DNA from: Williopsis jadinii
Taxonomy: Eukaryota
Assembly (NCBI GenBank): GCA_024346625.1
Contig: AP024664.1
Span: 1,178,001 to 1,242,000, forward strand
DNA length: 64,000 bases
Reading direction: 5' to 3'
Position 1 is the first letter of the stretch. Every line of letters starts with the position of its first letter. Of this stretch, positions 42,944 to 55,075 are shown piece after piece. The position numbers and the translations under genes were made by a program. The notes below the pieces were generated by a model, which saw nothing but the letters and a program-made list of their open reading frames with translations, was not told the DNA's origin and searched no databases.

Positions 42944-44902
42944 CTAAGCTGATCTGGTCTTCTTTTTCGCTGGCTCGGGAGATTGTTGAACATCAACATC
43001 CTCCTCGGGCAGCTCATGTATGGTGCCAGGCTTATCTGCGATTGGGTTGAGCTGTAGCGTAGCATTGTCATCAGGGTCAATATCTTGGTTCAGAAACTCA
43101 TCGAGATCAAAGTTCCCCGCAGGCGTGGAGTCCTGTCCGACAGAAGATGCGTTGTACTGCTGCGTTTGTAATTTTGTTATGATGTCGTCGATGGACTGGC
43201 CTTGCTGATCAATGGTCTTGGACAATGAGTCCAGATTGGGGTTGTTTGCACCTTGTAATGTCTGTAGAGAATCGGTCTTGGGCACGGTGCTTGAGTTGGT
43301 CTCATCTATCAACTGCTGGAGTTGTTCCGAGTTCAAATTCTCTGGTGACTCGGGGAGCTCAGAGATCGTGGGTCTGCCAGACACAGGAACTGAAGATCTT
43401 GCGCTATCAGCACGAGATGAGGAAGAATTCGACGAGCTGCGTTGTTTGATCAACAGTCTTGGTTTTTGAAACCTCGTGGCTTCAGAGTATGGGTCACTCT
43501 GTTGCTGGGAAACTGGTTGTTGATACATGTAACTTGGACTAGAGTACATCTGGACCTGAGAATCTCTCAAATGGTCATCGCTATCATCTTCAAGCACTTG
43601 TACCCTATTCCCATACACAGACGCCAGAAATTGTAAGATCTTTTCAATCTTTTCGTTCTGAACTGCATTCTTCTCACGTGTGGTAAATAGCTCTTGCCAT
43701 AATAGCTCGTTATCCTGGCGAACACGTGATAATTCCTTCGTAATCTTCAATTGGTTCGTCTTGAGGGTGGATAGCTCGTTCATCAATAGCTTAACGTTGA
43801 TTCCCTTGAATCCGTTTGCCTGTTGCTGTGCACTCTCTGCTTCATCGGCGTCATCTTGTGGCTTATTACGAACAATCTGGTCCAACAACTCCGGCTTACC
43901 ACGTTGGAAGTTCTCATTGTTGAACTGCCATCTCTCATCACTATGCAACGACCCAGAGTTAACGTCCTGAACTTTATGCCAACCATACATGTTTAGCTGT
44001 CGAACAAAACTGGCAAAATTCGAATGTTTAAAATATTTGGGTAATACTTGCTGCACAAACAACTCTCTGTTGTCAACGATGAATGATAGCCCATCGTCGG
44101 ACCAGTTTATTAACTCCTGGTTAGCCGGGTCGTTAACCATCGTCCATAGTTTGGTTACAAAGGCAGGTCTGTTCTTGGTATGTTTCTTCGAGCTCTTATG
44201 CGATGAATGATGTTTACCATTCTCTGTCAATGCTAAGGCACCATTCTTGTACTTCTTAGGACTCTGTTCTGTTGTTGATTTCTTATTCGTCGCCGATGTG
44301 GATGTACTGCTGGATGCCGTTAACGGGTTAGCCCTGTACTGCATAAGATCCGTAGTCGTTTGAGGTGACACAGTTTCAATTTCCTGTAGTCGTGGAACGT
44401 CCTCAGTTGGGTTAAAAGAGTCCAGCAGCATAGGTGGAAAGGTATCATCTGTGCTGAATGCCATTGGTGACTCCTCCACGTAGAAATGGTTCGGTGTCAC
44501 AGGGTTTGGATTGGAGCTCGGATTGGGGTTCTGCTGATTTACCGTTGCCATATTAGGTGCCTGCGTTCTCTGTCCGTTCAAATTCCGTTGCTGAGTTGGT
44601 TGAAACGATTGTGGATTACTCATAGCCTGCGATGGAAGCGTCTCAATGATGGGCACCGTTGAATAAGGTTCTTGTGGAATATTAGGATAGGCAGGATACG
44701 ACTGAGAAACTTGTGTGTTCCCTGCTGCGATGAGTCCAATATTGTTTGCCCTCTGTGTGGTATGCAGGAGGTATGGACTTTGGCTGTATCTCTGTGGTGT
44801 GCCTCTGTGATTTGTGCCTAAAATGGAGTTCGCTAGTTGTACCCTATTAGCTGTATCAAAGAAATTTGATTGTTGAGGACTGTCCTCCATCGTTCTTCCC
44901 AT
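42944..44902 (-). CDS. HSF1: Heat shock transcription factor
   Basis: RPAFVTKLWTMV, LPKYFKHSNFASFVRQLNMYGWHKV, trimerisation coiled coil, PRLLIK (CE2-like). Confidence 0.93.
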   Translation of the reverse strand: MGRTMEDSPQQSNFFDTANRVQLANSILGTNHRGTPQRYSQSPYLLHTTQRANNIGLIAAGNTQVSQSYPAYPNIPQEPYSTVPIIETLPSQAMSNPQSFQPTQQRNLNGQRTQAPNMATVNQQNPNPSSNPNPVTPNHFYVEESPMAFSTDDTFPPMLLDSFNPTEDVPRLQEIETVSPQTTTDLMQYRANPLTASSSTSTSATNKKSTTEQSPKKYKNGALALTENGKHHSSHKSSKKHTKNRPAFVTKLWTMVNDPANQELINWSDDGLSFIVDNRELFVQQVLPKYFKHSNFASFVRQLNMYGWHKVQDVNSGSLHSDERWQFNNENFQRGKPELLDQIVRNKPQDDADEAESAQQQANGFKGINVKLLMNELSTLKTNQLKITKELSRVRQDNELLWQELFTTREKNAVQNEKIEKILQFLASVYGNRVQVLEDDSDDHLRDSQVQMYSSPSYMYQQPVSQQQSDPYSEATRFQKPRLLIKQRSSSNSSSSRADSARSSVPVSGRPTISELPESPENLNSEQLQQLIDETNSSTVPKTDSLQTLQGANNPNLDSLSKTIDQQGQSIDDIITKLQTQQYNASSVGQDSTPAGNFDLDEFLNQDIDPDDNATLQLNPIADKPGTIHELPEEDVDVQQSPEPAKKKTRSA

Positions 44903-46093
44903 TAACTATGTTTCCCCTTCTGTAGCGTTTAGGGCCAAGTACTTGTCAAAATTTTATTAGTGGTGTGCGGATGTGTCCAAGTAGCAATCTGGGAATCACC
45001 GGGACAACTACCCGGAAAGTTGGGTGCCTTTCAAACGTAAGTTCCGGTTTATGCTTCAGCCCTGAAAACAATCAACAAAAGCTCTGTGTCTAGTCGGAAC
45101 TTACGGTTTCTCGTTAAGTTTTCCCCTGACCGGAGCTGAGACAAAACAAAACAAAAAACAACGAAAACGAAAACAAAAGAAATTTGGAAAGTGCACGTCA
45201 AGTTGTAGTGCAATTGCGTCAAGTCTAATCGAACAGGGACACACACACACACAGTTTGGTACTTTTGATCTGTACGTAACGTTGGGTCTCTAACAAAAAA
45301 GTCCCTTGATTAACAAAAGAAACCTCAACGAAACAGCCGAACTTTTCGTTGTATTTCTAGGGATGAATGAAGTGCTTTAAGAGGAAAGTAAGGAATGTGC
45401 ATTGAGAAGTTTGTTTATAAGAAAGTTTTTTTTTTGGTTTGAAGTACTGCTACCCACTATAGCTGTATGCTGGGCTATTTGTTAGGCGTTAGTTAACTTG
45501 GGGTCCTGGTTCCAAGGGGTTGGTGGTTTTCAAATCAGGACATCGTTACATGGCCAAATGTACTTTGCAATCTCCGGATTTGGAGTGGAGGTCTTTCCCT
45601 TCGGGCAGCTGTAAATATTCTACGACATTCCACTACATTCTATAACGTTCCATCGTAGTTAAGTCATCTAGAGTGCGTGTGTTTCCATTTCAGGGTCTCA
45701 CAATGGATGCCAGGTAACCCTGCTCATGGAAGCCAAATGAACTCCTTTTACGCTCGTTTGCAATAAATATGGCTGGTTTGTTGTCGTAGTCGTTGTCATA
45801 ACATGTACTCGCTTGCTACTGTTGGTTATTCGGTACAATGGGCTGCAAGCTCGAAACATAGTGGTGGCAGAGATACTCAATTTTGACACATTGTGTAGTG
45901 TGGAAAACGTTGAGCGTTGATCTCCTGTAGACACAAGAGGTTTCACTTTCCAAGCTTGCCATGGAACAATACAACAATCTAAACGGTGTCTACAGAAACT
46001 CCGTAAGCGAAAACTAGAAATAAAACTGAAGAACTTTAAAAATTGTCGTTAGTCTTCCATTTTGTGTCATGGTTTCTGAGAGCGACTCCATCC

Positions 46094-47356
46094 TCAGGTT
46101 TGTTTACACTCAGGTGGTTGTTTACCCTTTGCACCACCGTCTGCATCATCCTCGTCGTCATCTTCATCCTCATCCTCGTCGTCATCTTCGTCGTCGTCGT
46201 CTTCCTCATCAAACTCATCGAATTCGTCCTCCAGTTCACCTTCGTAATCCACGGCGGCGCCGGTAAACCAGTCAATAGCCCTTGGAATCAACTGATCCTT
46301 CAACTCTTCACCCAATTGGTAATCGAGCTTCAATCTTGCTTCCAACTCTTCAGTCTCTTCAAGGTCTTCCTCGTCCTCCTCGGCGCCTTCCTCGTCATCC
46401 GCTGGGGCCTTTGGAGGATCGAAAAAGTTGAAGAAGGACTCGACAGGCGTGGCCTTCTCGATGGTTCTGGTCTGCTGTGTCTGTTTGTTTCTTTGTCTTC
46501 TTCTTTCGATAGTCACAGTGACGTTTTGCTTTGCGGATGTCCATTCGATCACATCTCCCTCGGCATGGTCATAGATATAGTCACCAGAATAGCCAAGTTC
46601 TGTTTGGTAGTAGTATGTCTTTGAGAGCTTTTGATTCTTGAAGAATGGGTTTTCGTTAAACTCAAACACGAGACGGAATCCTGGTTGAGAGAGGTATTCG
46701 AGACGAACATCCTTCAAAAATGCCAAAACCTCTTGATCTCTATCCGTGATGGTTTGCGAGAGAAAACTGAGGTTCTCGAAAGCGGTCAACCAGAAGTTTG
46801 GAATACCTTTCTCCTCCTCCTTGGTTTCGCCTTCGCCCTCGTCTTCCTCCTCCTTGATCTCTTCTAATTTTGGTGCATCCTCCTCTTCGTCCTCATATGC
46901 GCCGAGCTCCTTCTCAATCTGCTTACCAGTCTCAATCTCTTCTTCAGTTGGCTCAACCACACCATTAATGATATCTCTTCTGTGGTTGTAGATAGGTTGG
47001 TACTTTGCAGCGTACTTCTTCTCCAATTCCAACAACTCCCTTTGAAATTCCGGTTCGAGATCCATCTGTTGCTTTTGAATAGCCTTCAGAGAGTAGATTC
47101 TGTTCTTAACTTTAGGGCTCAAAGCATCAACATACCCAGAGTCCTTACCAATCAGGGTACCCAATTTGCCTTGAATCATTGACAAGAAAGCTGGATTGTT
47201 ACTCAAGTTCTTCTTGATTTCAGCCTCCTCATCAATGGTTGTAGGAACCATCAAAGGGTTGTTCTTCAAATACGATCCTGTGAGTGAGGCAGGCGTATTC
47301 TGTGGAGTTGGCGCAGATGCCAACTGGTTGATTTTCTTCTTGATGGGCTCAGACAT
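46094..47356 (-). CDS. NAP1: Nucleosome assembly protein 1
   Basis: APTPQNTPAS, KGIPNFWLTA, ESFFNFF, IPRAIDWFTG, acidic tail, PECKQT. Confidence 0.95.
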   Translation of the reverse strand: MSEPIKKKINQLASAPTPQNTPASLTGSYLKNNPLMVPTTIDEEAEIKKNLSNNPAFLSMIQGKLGTLIGKDSGYVDALSPKVKNRIYSLKAIQKQQMDLEPEFQRELLELEKKYAAKYQPIYNHRRDIINGVVEPTEEEIETGKQIEKELGAYEDEEEDAPKLEEIKEEEDEGEGETKEEEKGIPNFWLTAFENLSFLSQTITDRDQEVLAFLKDVRLEYLSQPGFRLVFEFNENPFFKNQKLSKTYYYQTELGYSGDYIYDHAEGDVIEWTSAKQNVTVTIERRRQRNKQTQQTRTIEKATPVESFFNFFDPPKAPADDEEGAEEDEEDLEETEELEARLKLDYQLGEELKDQLIPRAIDWFTGAAVDYEGELEDEFDEFDEEDDDDEDDDEDEDEDDDEDDADGGAKGKQPPECKQT

Positions 47357-48292
47357 TCTATCCACTTGCAATAGTCGATTTTTGATAAATTAAAGGGTAT
47401 TACAAATAGCTGTGTCGATGTTGTTTAAAGGAGAAAGCTACCGCGGCGTGTTGAAAACCTGTGATTTTCCCACAAAAATTTTTTTTGGCCACAGCGCTTT
47501 GAATGTGAAAGGGGAAAAACCGAAATTCCAGTTTCACACCGATAGGCAGGCAAAAAAAAAGAAAAGCAGCAATTATGCCAGTAACTTTTAGGTAACATTA
47601 CACAAGCTGACATACATCATGAAGCCTGTGACACTGGCTGAGATCAATCCACCTCCAATTACAGGGAGAGAGGCTATGATTTCTTCCTTTACAGCTGTGG
47701 GTGTATGTGTTTTCTTGGGTATTTTTTAGTCTAAGATTATCGTATTCTCATTATTTCCAAGACGTGATGGCGGAACGGGAACCCTAATCATTGAAATAGT
47801 ACTAAGCTATCCGATCTGATAATCCGGACAATCTCCCAGGATGTTTACGTCCCTGGTGGTTAAATGCTAGTGATGGAAACACGTGCAATTTGTTACAGAA
47901 CTCTGCAAACGACGACCCTCGCCCCTCCCCTGCAGACAGCCAGAACTGTGCTGGTATCAGCGATGTAAAAAGTCATCGTGTCCGCTGCCTAAGTCTCTTC
48001 CCCCCGTGCGTGCATGTACCAGTAATTGGCTTCTCCCGCCCAGATTTTCCGACCACATAATCACACGGCTGAGCCCAGACGTTGCCCTAATTCGATTTTC
48101 TGGCACTGGATCCGAAAGTTCGAGAAAATAAAACACGCGCACTGGGCACACAGGACACAAACTCTGGCAAATTATAAGAAAAACTGTGTAATTGGTGTCT
48201 CCTTTCTCATAAACACCCCCTATTAAAGCGTACATTTTCCCAGATATTTCAAAGAGCCTCTTTCTTATCTCTGAATATTACTATAATAACCC

Positions 48293-50218
48293 ATGTCAAG
48301 GCCGTCGCCCATAAGTTTTATGAATAGGAGAACTATCAACAACAATGGTCGTATAGCAAGCCTTTTCTCCACGATGAGTGTTGTGCCTCGCCTGGCCCAG
48401 GCACTGCCTCTAGGCCTGTTTACTAGAGAGGCCACCAAAGTTTCCGTTGAGAAGCATGAGCCTTTAACTCCACAGCAGTACTGGTGGTACCTGTTTATAT
48501 CTGCCTTCTTGGTGCTTGCGGGTGGTGTCTTTGCAGGGTTAACGCTTGGTCTCATGGGTCAAGATGAGGTGTACCTAAAGGTTATCTCCTCTTCCGGGGA
48601 TGCAACTGAACAGAAGAATGCCAAAAAGGTGTTGAAGTTGATCGACCGCGGTAAGCACTGGGTCTTGGTTACTTTGCTCTTGTCAAACGTTATAACAAAT
48701 GAAACATTACCAATTGTTCTTGATCGTGTCTTGGGTGGTGGTTGGCCCGCCGTGGTGAGCTCTACAGCGTCGATTGTGATCTTTGGTGAAGTCATTCCTC
48801 AATCAGTCTGTGTCCGTTACGGTCTTCAGATCGGTGCTTTCTTTACGCCGTTTGTACTTGGATTGATGTACTTGATGTACCCTGTCGCATACCCAATCGC
48901 AATGTTGTTGGACACTATCCTCGGTGAGGATCATGGCACGATTTACAAGAAATCCGGTTTGAAAACCCTTGTCACACTTCACAGAACCATGGGTGTAGAA
49001 AGGTTAAACAGCGATGAGGTCACGATTATCAGCGCTGTGCTAGACTTGAAGGAGAAGAAAGTATCTGATATTATGACTCCAATGAAGAACGTCTTTACAA
49101 TGAGCTCTGATGCCATCCTCGATGAGAAGACTGTGGAGGATATTTTCAACTCTGGGTTCTCCAGAATCCCAATTCATCTACCTAACGAACCAAAGAACTT
49201 TATTGGTATGTTACTCGTCCGTGTGTTGATTTCCTATGACCCTGAAGATGCACTACCGGTCTCGTCCTTCCCGTTGGCAACACTCCCGGAGACTCCTCCT
49301 GAGACATCGTGTTTGAACATTCTAAACTATTTCCAAGAGGGAAAATCACATATGGTTGTTGTGAGTGAACGCCCTGGTGACTCCGACGGAGGCATTGGTG
49401 TTTTAACCTTGGAAGACGTCATCGAAGAGTTGATTGGTGAGGAGATTGTTGATGAATCGGACGTTTTCATTGATATCGATAGAAACATCAAACGTGTTGA
49501 GCCTGGTCCATTGGCCAAGAGACATCTCACGCAATACTTACACTCTTTATACACCAACAGCAATAGAGCATCCATTGAAGTTGGAGCTGATGCTGATCTC
49601 GGTGATGAACAAAACGCTACAATACAGTTTAAGCCACATAACTTGGCATCCAATCCACTTGAAACGAACAAGACGTTTGTCACCATCAAGAAGCAACAAC
49701 CGGCTCGTAAGATTTCCACCTTAAGGTATGATTATCAGGATGATCCAGATGACACGAACGATGCGGAGCCATTGTTGCCCCCTGCTACACAAGAGACTCC
49801 ACTTTCTAGACCTACATCTCCTGATTATGGCACAAATGACAGGGTTCCTGTAAGGACCAGCACTTCTAACAGTAATAGAAGTCTTTTAACAAATCGTACT
49901 AGTTCATTGAACACACATGTCACGGGCAGAGTATCCACGGATCTGGCTGATCCATCTGATGTTCAAGGGCACTATGCAAAGAACCTCTCGGTTCAACGCT
50001 CTGGTTCGATTGAAAACATGGAACAACATAGCTATCGTACTGGAGGTATCATTGAGAGTGTTGTTCAAGTGCAAGGGTATTCCAAGACCATCATTGAAAG
50101 TAGACCTGATGATGAGTTGAGCGATGACGATGACGAGACACAGGCTCTTTTGATCGCAGCTGGACACGAATCTCATAATATGAAAACAGCATCAAGAAGA
50201 GCTTCTAGAGTCGTTTGA
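48293..50218 (+). CDS. MAM3: CNNM (DUF21)-CBS membrane protein
   Basis: GGVFAGLTLGLMGQD, HWVLVTLLLSNV, FGEVIPQ, FQEGKSHM, TLEDVIEELIGEEIVDESD. True start may be ATG 48374. Confidence 0.9.
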   Translation: MSRPSPISFMNRRTINNNGRIASLFSTMSVVPRLAQALPLGLFTREATKVSVEKHEPLTPQQYWWYLFISAFLVLAGGVFAGLTLGLMGQDEVYLKVISSSGDATEQKNAKKVLKLIDRGKHWVLVTLLLSNVITNETLPIVLDRVLGGGWPAVVSSTASIVIFGEVIPQSVCVRYGLQIGAFFTPFVLGLMYLMYPVAYPIAMLLDTILGEDHGTIYKKSGLKTLVTLHRTMGVERLNSDEVTIISAVLDLKEKKVSDIMTPMKNVFTMSSDAILDEKTVEDIFNSGFSRIPIHLPNEPKNFIGMLLVRVLISYDPEDALPVSSFPLATLPETPPETSCLNILNYFQEGKSHMVVVSERPGDSDGGIGVLTLEDVIEELIGEEIVDESDVFIDIDRNIKRVEPGPLAKRHLTQYLHSLYTNSNRASIEVGADADLGDEQNATIQFKPHNLASNPLETNKTFVTIKKQQPARKISTLRYDYQDDPDDTNDAEPLLPPATQETPLSRPTSPDYGTNDRVPVRTSTSNSNRSLLTNRTSSLNTHVTGRVSTDLADPSDVQGHYAKNLSVQRSGSIENMEQHSYRTGGIIESVVQVQGYSKTIIESRPDDELSDDDDETQALLIAAGHESHNMKTASRRASRVV

Positions 50219-51825
50219 GCACCCTTTATTCTTATTCGTTTGCGTCTTTCCTCATCCTGTTTCGACCCTTGCCTTCTTTTCTTGTCCTGTTATTCTCTTC
50301 AAATTAGTAAGCCGGTATCTTTCATATTTTTCTCTTTATTTGACGTATATTGACTGTGGCAACTGTTAGTCTTTCTCTGTATACATATAACGTATTTCAA
50401 CGCATGTCTGCTCCCTTCACTAAGTCCACAATCACCACTGCTGACCTACGTAGCTCAGAAGTCGGTCCAGACCAGATAATGAGGGACGTGCAGGTGATTC
50501 TGCTGTCAAGGCCGTTTAATTCGCATCACAATGCTGGATCGGCACGATTCTGTATATCTGGTTGAATCCCCACGTAATAATCCCACTCCAGATCTGTGGT
50601 GATAGCGATGCCGCCGTCCAAGTCGTAGGCACGGCCCTTATCTACAGGAACCACGCCGGCGTTGATCCGTAACGTGGTAAGCCTTCTGGACATCGAGGCG
50701 TCCAGTGTCATTGAAACCTCGAGGTCCTATCGGGTAACAGCTTTTCTGCAAATCCGTTGAAACGGCTGTACTGGGCTCTCTGCCCACTTCCATCCATCAC
50801 CTGCCCAGCCGCTGCGAACTGTATCAGCCTAAGCCCACTGAAGGGAGGGGGAAGGGCGGCATTCGCTAAAGCCGCAGGCCGACATCCACGGCCAGCGACC
50901 ATGCCAGTTCCCACACCAAAGCAGGACAAACGTCATAGCAAGCGTGGGGCAAAGGACAGCCGGTAGGTGTGCTGAGTAGCGGACGGAGCCCTGGTGTGAT
51001 TCGTTGGTATTTGCCATAGATGCAGCATCCACTTCTCGAGTACCATTGTGTGGGAAAGAGATCTCGTATAAAAGCTATTCAACCGTCACATGAACAGCGT
51101 GAACCACACACTGTTTCACATCGCCCCGGGTCCCCCGCCTGTGGGAATGCGAAGCTCGGCCGGTTTCCTCGACGCTCGTGTTCCCTGTCTCCCATGCCGA
51201 GCTTCTCACCTCCAGAGAGGGAAAGCGCATGCTTTGAGCGAGACGCTCTGTGCGTGCACGCTCCCAATTTTCCCATGAGGCCCTTGTAGCCACCCCCCCT
51301 CCAGCTCCCCTTTACTGGCTCTCTCCCGCCCTGCCGTGATTCGTGTTCGTTCGTGTGTGTGATCTGTGGTGGAAGCGCACAAGCCCAAAGGAGAAGCCGA
51401 CCCCAAGGCCAAAAAAGAAAAAGAAATAAAAGGCATGGAGGGAAGGGGGGACATCTCATCATTTTCCCACACTTGCTTCCTCTTCCTCCTCTTGTTACTC
51501 TTCTTCGTCTTCTTCCTTTTGTTTCTAGTTCACTGCAATTGAGGGAAAAAGAACGGAGTTAATCATATGGGAGTTGTGCTATAAACTCCTTTACGACCCG
51601 TGAACATTGGTTTTAACCCCCTTTTTGATTTGCCTTATTTTGTTTTCCTACGATTAAGGAGTTGGAACATCACGGCCGGTGGTTTATTCAGCACGCTATA
51701 GACCAATATCCTGAGAAAACACAGCTACACACAGTTGTCACTATACCCCCCTCACGTCCCGTTCAGGCTGATTTTGAGAACTTGTTCACCCCGTTTGAGA
51801 AAGACAGAAGAAGCGTACAAGGAAA

Positions 51826-53427
51826 ATGGTGGAGAACACGGAAAGCCAACACCAGCAACAGCTGGATGTATCTCAGCTGAGCATAAGGAACGTTGTTTCG
51901 CATTCGTCTCAGCACTCTGAGGTTAGACCGTTAGCCTCGATCCGCTCGGGCTCGCACGTGTCACTATCGTCGTCGACGTCTGCGGATGGCACGCAGAAGG
52001 GGATCTTTCATAGCACAAAGAGTAAGCTGAAGAGCAGTGTGAAGAAGGAGGAAGGTGTGAAGCTCACGCCAAAGACGTCTAGAAACTCGATCTTTTCAAG
52101 CAAGCCAAGTTCACGCTCCCCCACGCTGGTTAATCCAAGCCCACAGGTTTCTCATGACCATGAGGACCCGAAGACGAAGAGGAAATTGGGGTTGAAGAGG
52201 TTCTTCAAGAAGGTTACGGCCGGCAAGAAGGATAAAGAAGAGGCCAAAACCAGTAAGAGTTCGTCTAGTGATAGCCAGAAGTCGAAACTCCAGGGTAAAT
52301 CAAAAACTGTGTCAAAGTTCCTCAACACGTTAAGTCCATCGCAATCATCAACATCATCGCCAAATAACAACAAGATGGTGTTTGGAGTTGGGGTTGACAG
52401 CGCATCAGAGTTGGTTGAGAAGTACGGTATCCCTGGTAAGATGTTGGGTGAAGGTGCCGGTGGCTCTGTGAATGTTGTTCAGAGAAGCGACGGTAAACTG
52501 TACGCGGTGAAGAAGTTCAGACCAAAGAACGACCGTGAATCCGATGCAGATTATTCCAAGAAAGTTACTAGTGAATTCTGTGTTGGGTCTACATTGCACC
52601 ACGAGAACGTTATAGAGACCTTGGATATGCTACAGGAAGGCATGACCTTTTTGGTTGTCATGGAATTTGCACCTTATGATTTCTTTACCATTGTCATGAG
52701 TGGATTGATGACAAAACATGAAATACACTGTTGCTTCAAACAGATTGTCAGTGGAACTGCCTATCTCCATGGGATGGGATTGGCACACCGTGATTTGAAA
52801 TTGGATAACTGTGTCGTTAACAAATCTGGTATCATAAAGTTGATCGATTTCGGCTCTGCAGTTGTGTTCAAATACCCATACGAGAACGAAATCGTCAAGG
52901 CAAAGGGAATTGTTGGTTCTGATCCTTACCTTGCACCGGAAGTGCTCGTGGAGCGCTATTACGATCCAAGACCTTTGGACATTTGGTCAGTTGCTATTAT
53001 GTTTTGTTGTATGACATTGAGACGTTTCCCTTGGAAGGCACCAAAACAGACAGATAACTCCTTCAAGTTGTTTTCATTGAAGCCAGAACCTAATCCTGAT
53101 AATCCAGAGCATAAATCACGTTCAAAGGGACCATATCGTTTGATGAGACTTTTACCACACGCTTCAAGACCAATCATCGGGAAGATGTTAGAACTCAATC
53201 CATCAGAAAGAGCAACCATGGATGATATTCTTACAGATCCATGGTTTGAAGGTATAGAGGTTTGTCATGCTAACGCTGACGGTGAGCTCGTTAAACAACC
53301 AGAGACGCACACCCATCACCTAGTGACGGAGGACGAACTGAACGAGCTACAAAAGAAGAAAGAAGAAGAAAAGAACCAAAAAGAAGCAACCGTTGAAACT
53401 GCTCAACCAGTTCAAGTTGAAGGCTGA
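51826..53427 (+). CDS. RTK1: Npr1/Hal family Ser/Thr kinase (Rtk1/Hrk1 group)
   Basis: [58 protein letters not shown]. Confidence 0.75.
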   Translation: MVENTESQHQQQLDVSQLSIRNVVSHSSQHSEVRPLASIRSGSHVSLSSSTSADGTQKGIFHSTKSKLKSSVKKEEGVKLTPKTSRNSIFSSKPSSRSPTLVNPSPQVSHDHEDPKTKRKLGLKRFFKKVTAGKKDKEEAKTSKSSSSDSQKSKLQGKSKTVSKFLNTLSPSQSSTSSPNNNKMVFGVGVDSASELVEKYGIPGKMLGEGAGGSVNVVQRSDGKLYAVKKFRPKNDRESDADYSKKVTSEFCVGSTLHHENVIETLDMLQEGMTFLVVMEFAPYDFFTIVMSGLMTKHEIHCCFKQIVSGTAYLHGMGLAHRDLKLDNCVVNKSGIIKLIDFGSAVVFKYPYENEIVKAKGIVGSDPYLAPEVLVERYYDPRPLDIWSVAIMFCCMTLRRFPWKAPKQTDNSFKLFSLKPEPNPDNPEHKSRSKGPYRLMRLLPHASRPIIGKMLELNPSERATMDDILTDPWFEGIEVCHANADGELVKQPETHTHHLVTEDELNELQKKKEEEKNQKEATVETAQPVQVEG

Positions 53428-53614
53428 AGCTCTAGCTTACTATAGTCACTTTTTTTATTATAGCACATAGTACTTACACACATTGATAACGCAGCAGTTC
53501 TTTGGTACGAAGTTCTAGTCCCATATATGATTCATGATTTATACTATATTAAATATTTCTCTAATGATCGGGTGTCAAAGTACAACTCGATAGATAATCA
53601 TTCATAAAGTAGGC

Positions 53615-55075
53615 CTAGTGTAGAGAATTGTAGATAGGATCACGGTTCTTGACACCGTAATAGGTCTTTTCAGCAGACTCTAGCCCCCTGTCAAGATCTG
53701 TGATGTCTTCACCTTCAAGTGGGTTGACACGGCCATCTTGTGCAAACTTCTCAATGACTGGATCAAACCATTTCTCCTTGATCGTATGGTACTCATAGTA
53801 GTGGAAGAATAAGTTGTCACCAGTTTCGGCAATTCTATCCTGAATCCATTTATACTGTTCCTCCTTTGAAGGCAATTGCTTGGAACCACTCCAGATACCA
53901 GCAGTTGCTGCTGCTGCTGCTTCAAGTGAATGGAACTTTGTAGTACCAATAGTAACACCGATGAAGGCCAATGTTGGGTCTTCAATGTTGAAGATATTCC
54001 AATACAAGTCCTTAACACGGGATGCAGAAGTTGTAGTTCCCTCATAGCCTGGTTTGGTCTGTTGAATCAACTTGTCGTTCAAGAATGGCCAGCGCCAGTG
54101 GTAACCCGTTGCAAAGATGATATGATCAACAACCAGTTGAGTGCCATCTACAAAAGTAACAAGATCTCCATTCACCTCCTTGATTCGAGGTCTGGTATCA
54201 GCCTTCTCGGCAGCGGTTGTGATCCACTTGTAGATCTCCTCTTTACCTGGCGTACGAGAAAAGACAACCTTAGCGATAGGGTCAATGTACTGAGCAATAT
54301 CGACACCACTGAGGGAAGAACCAACGATTAAGACCGTCTTGTCCTTGAATGGCTCAGCAGTTCTGTATGACTTGGCATGGGATACGGATCCCTTTGCTCT
54401 GGTGTCCAGCCCTTTAATATACGGAATGTATGGTGTGGAGTAGTGGCCTGAAGCCACCGCGACAGCATCAAACGACTCTGTATACCATTCGTCTTTATCA
54501 CCACCGGTCTTTCTCAAAGTGAGAACCCACTGGTCGCCGTCCTTACGAACATCCTGAACTTGTGTGTTCAATCTGATGTGCTCTTTCAATTTGTGCTCAT
54601 CGGCAAACGTCTCCAGGACTTCGTTGACGTCTTCGTGTGTGATGAGAGGGCCGATAACATCTCTTTCCTTACCTGGGGTATATGGAATAGAGGAGAATCT
54701 AAGGAAACGGCGAGAAACGTTTGTGTACAGGTTTGGATAAACACCAGAACGTCTCCATTGGTGTGCATTATCAGCTGGAGCGGTTTCCAGCGGATTATCA
54801 ACAGTGTGGTTCTCAACGCCTTCTGGCGCCTTGATCTCAGGGTGGACCGTGTCTGCGTTCCAATACTGGGACTTTATCAAGTCATCCTCGACGACATCAG
54901 GTTCATCAGAGTAGACCCAGACACCTCCAACGCTTCCTTTCTGCTCGAATGCGACAACTTTATCAAAAGCTGGGGTACCATCCTCCAGCTTGGTGTTGAG
55001 GTACTCGTTAACACTGACCAAGCCACCAGGGCCGGCACCGATAATTGCAATGGATTTTGGACTCTTAACTGTCAT
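53615..55075 (-). CDS. FMO1: Flavin-containing monooxygenase
   Basis: IIGAGPGG, GGVW, ASGHY, HAKSYR, VGSSLSGVD, ATGY. Confidence 0.8.
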   Translation of the reverse strand: MTVKSPKSIAIIGAGPGGLVSVNEYLNTKLEDGTPAFDKVVAFEQKGSVGGVWVYSDEPDVVEDDLIKSQYWNADTVHPEIKAPEGVENHTVDNPLETAPADNAHQWRRSGVYPNLYTNVSRRFLRFSSIPYTPGKERDVIGPLITHEDVNEVLETFADEHKLKEHIRLNTQVQDVRKDGDQWVLTLRKTGGDKDEWYTESFDAVAVASGHYSTPYIPYIKGLDTRAKGSVSHAKSYRTAEPFKDKTVLIVGSSLSGVDIAQYIDPIAKVVFSRTPGKEEIYKWITTAAEKADTRPRIKEVNGDLVTFVDGTQLVVDHIIFATGYHWRWPFLNDKLIQQTKPGYEGTTTSASRVKDLYWNIFNIEDPTLAFIGVTIGTTKFHSLEAAAAATAGIWSGSKQLPSKEEQYKWIQDRIAETGDNLFFHYYEYHTIKEKWFDPVIEKFAQDGRVNPLEGEDITDLDRGLESAEKTYYGVKNRDPIYNSLH

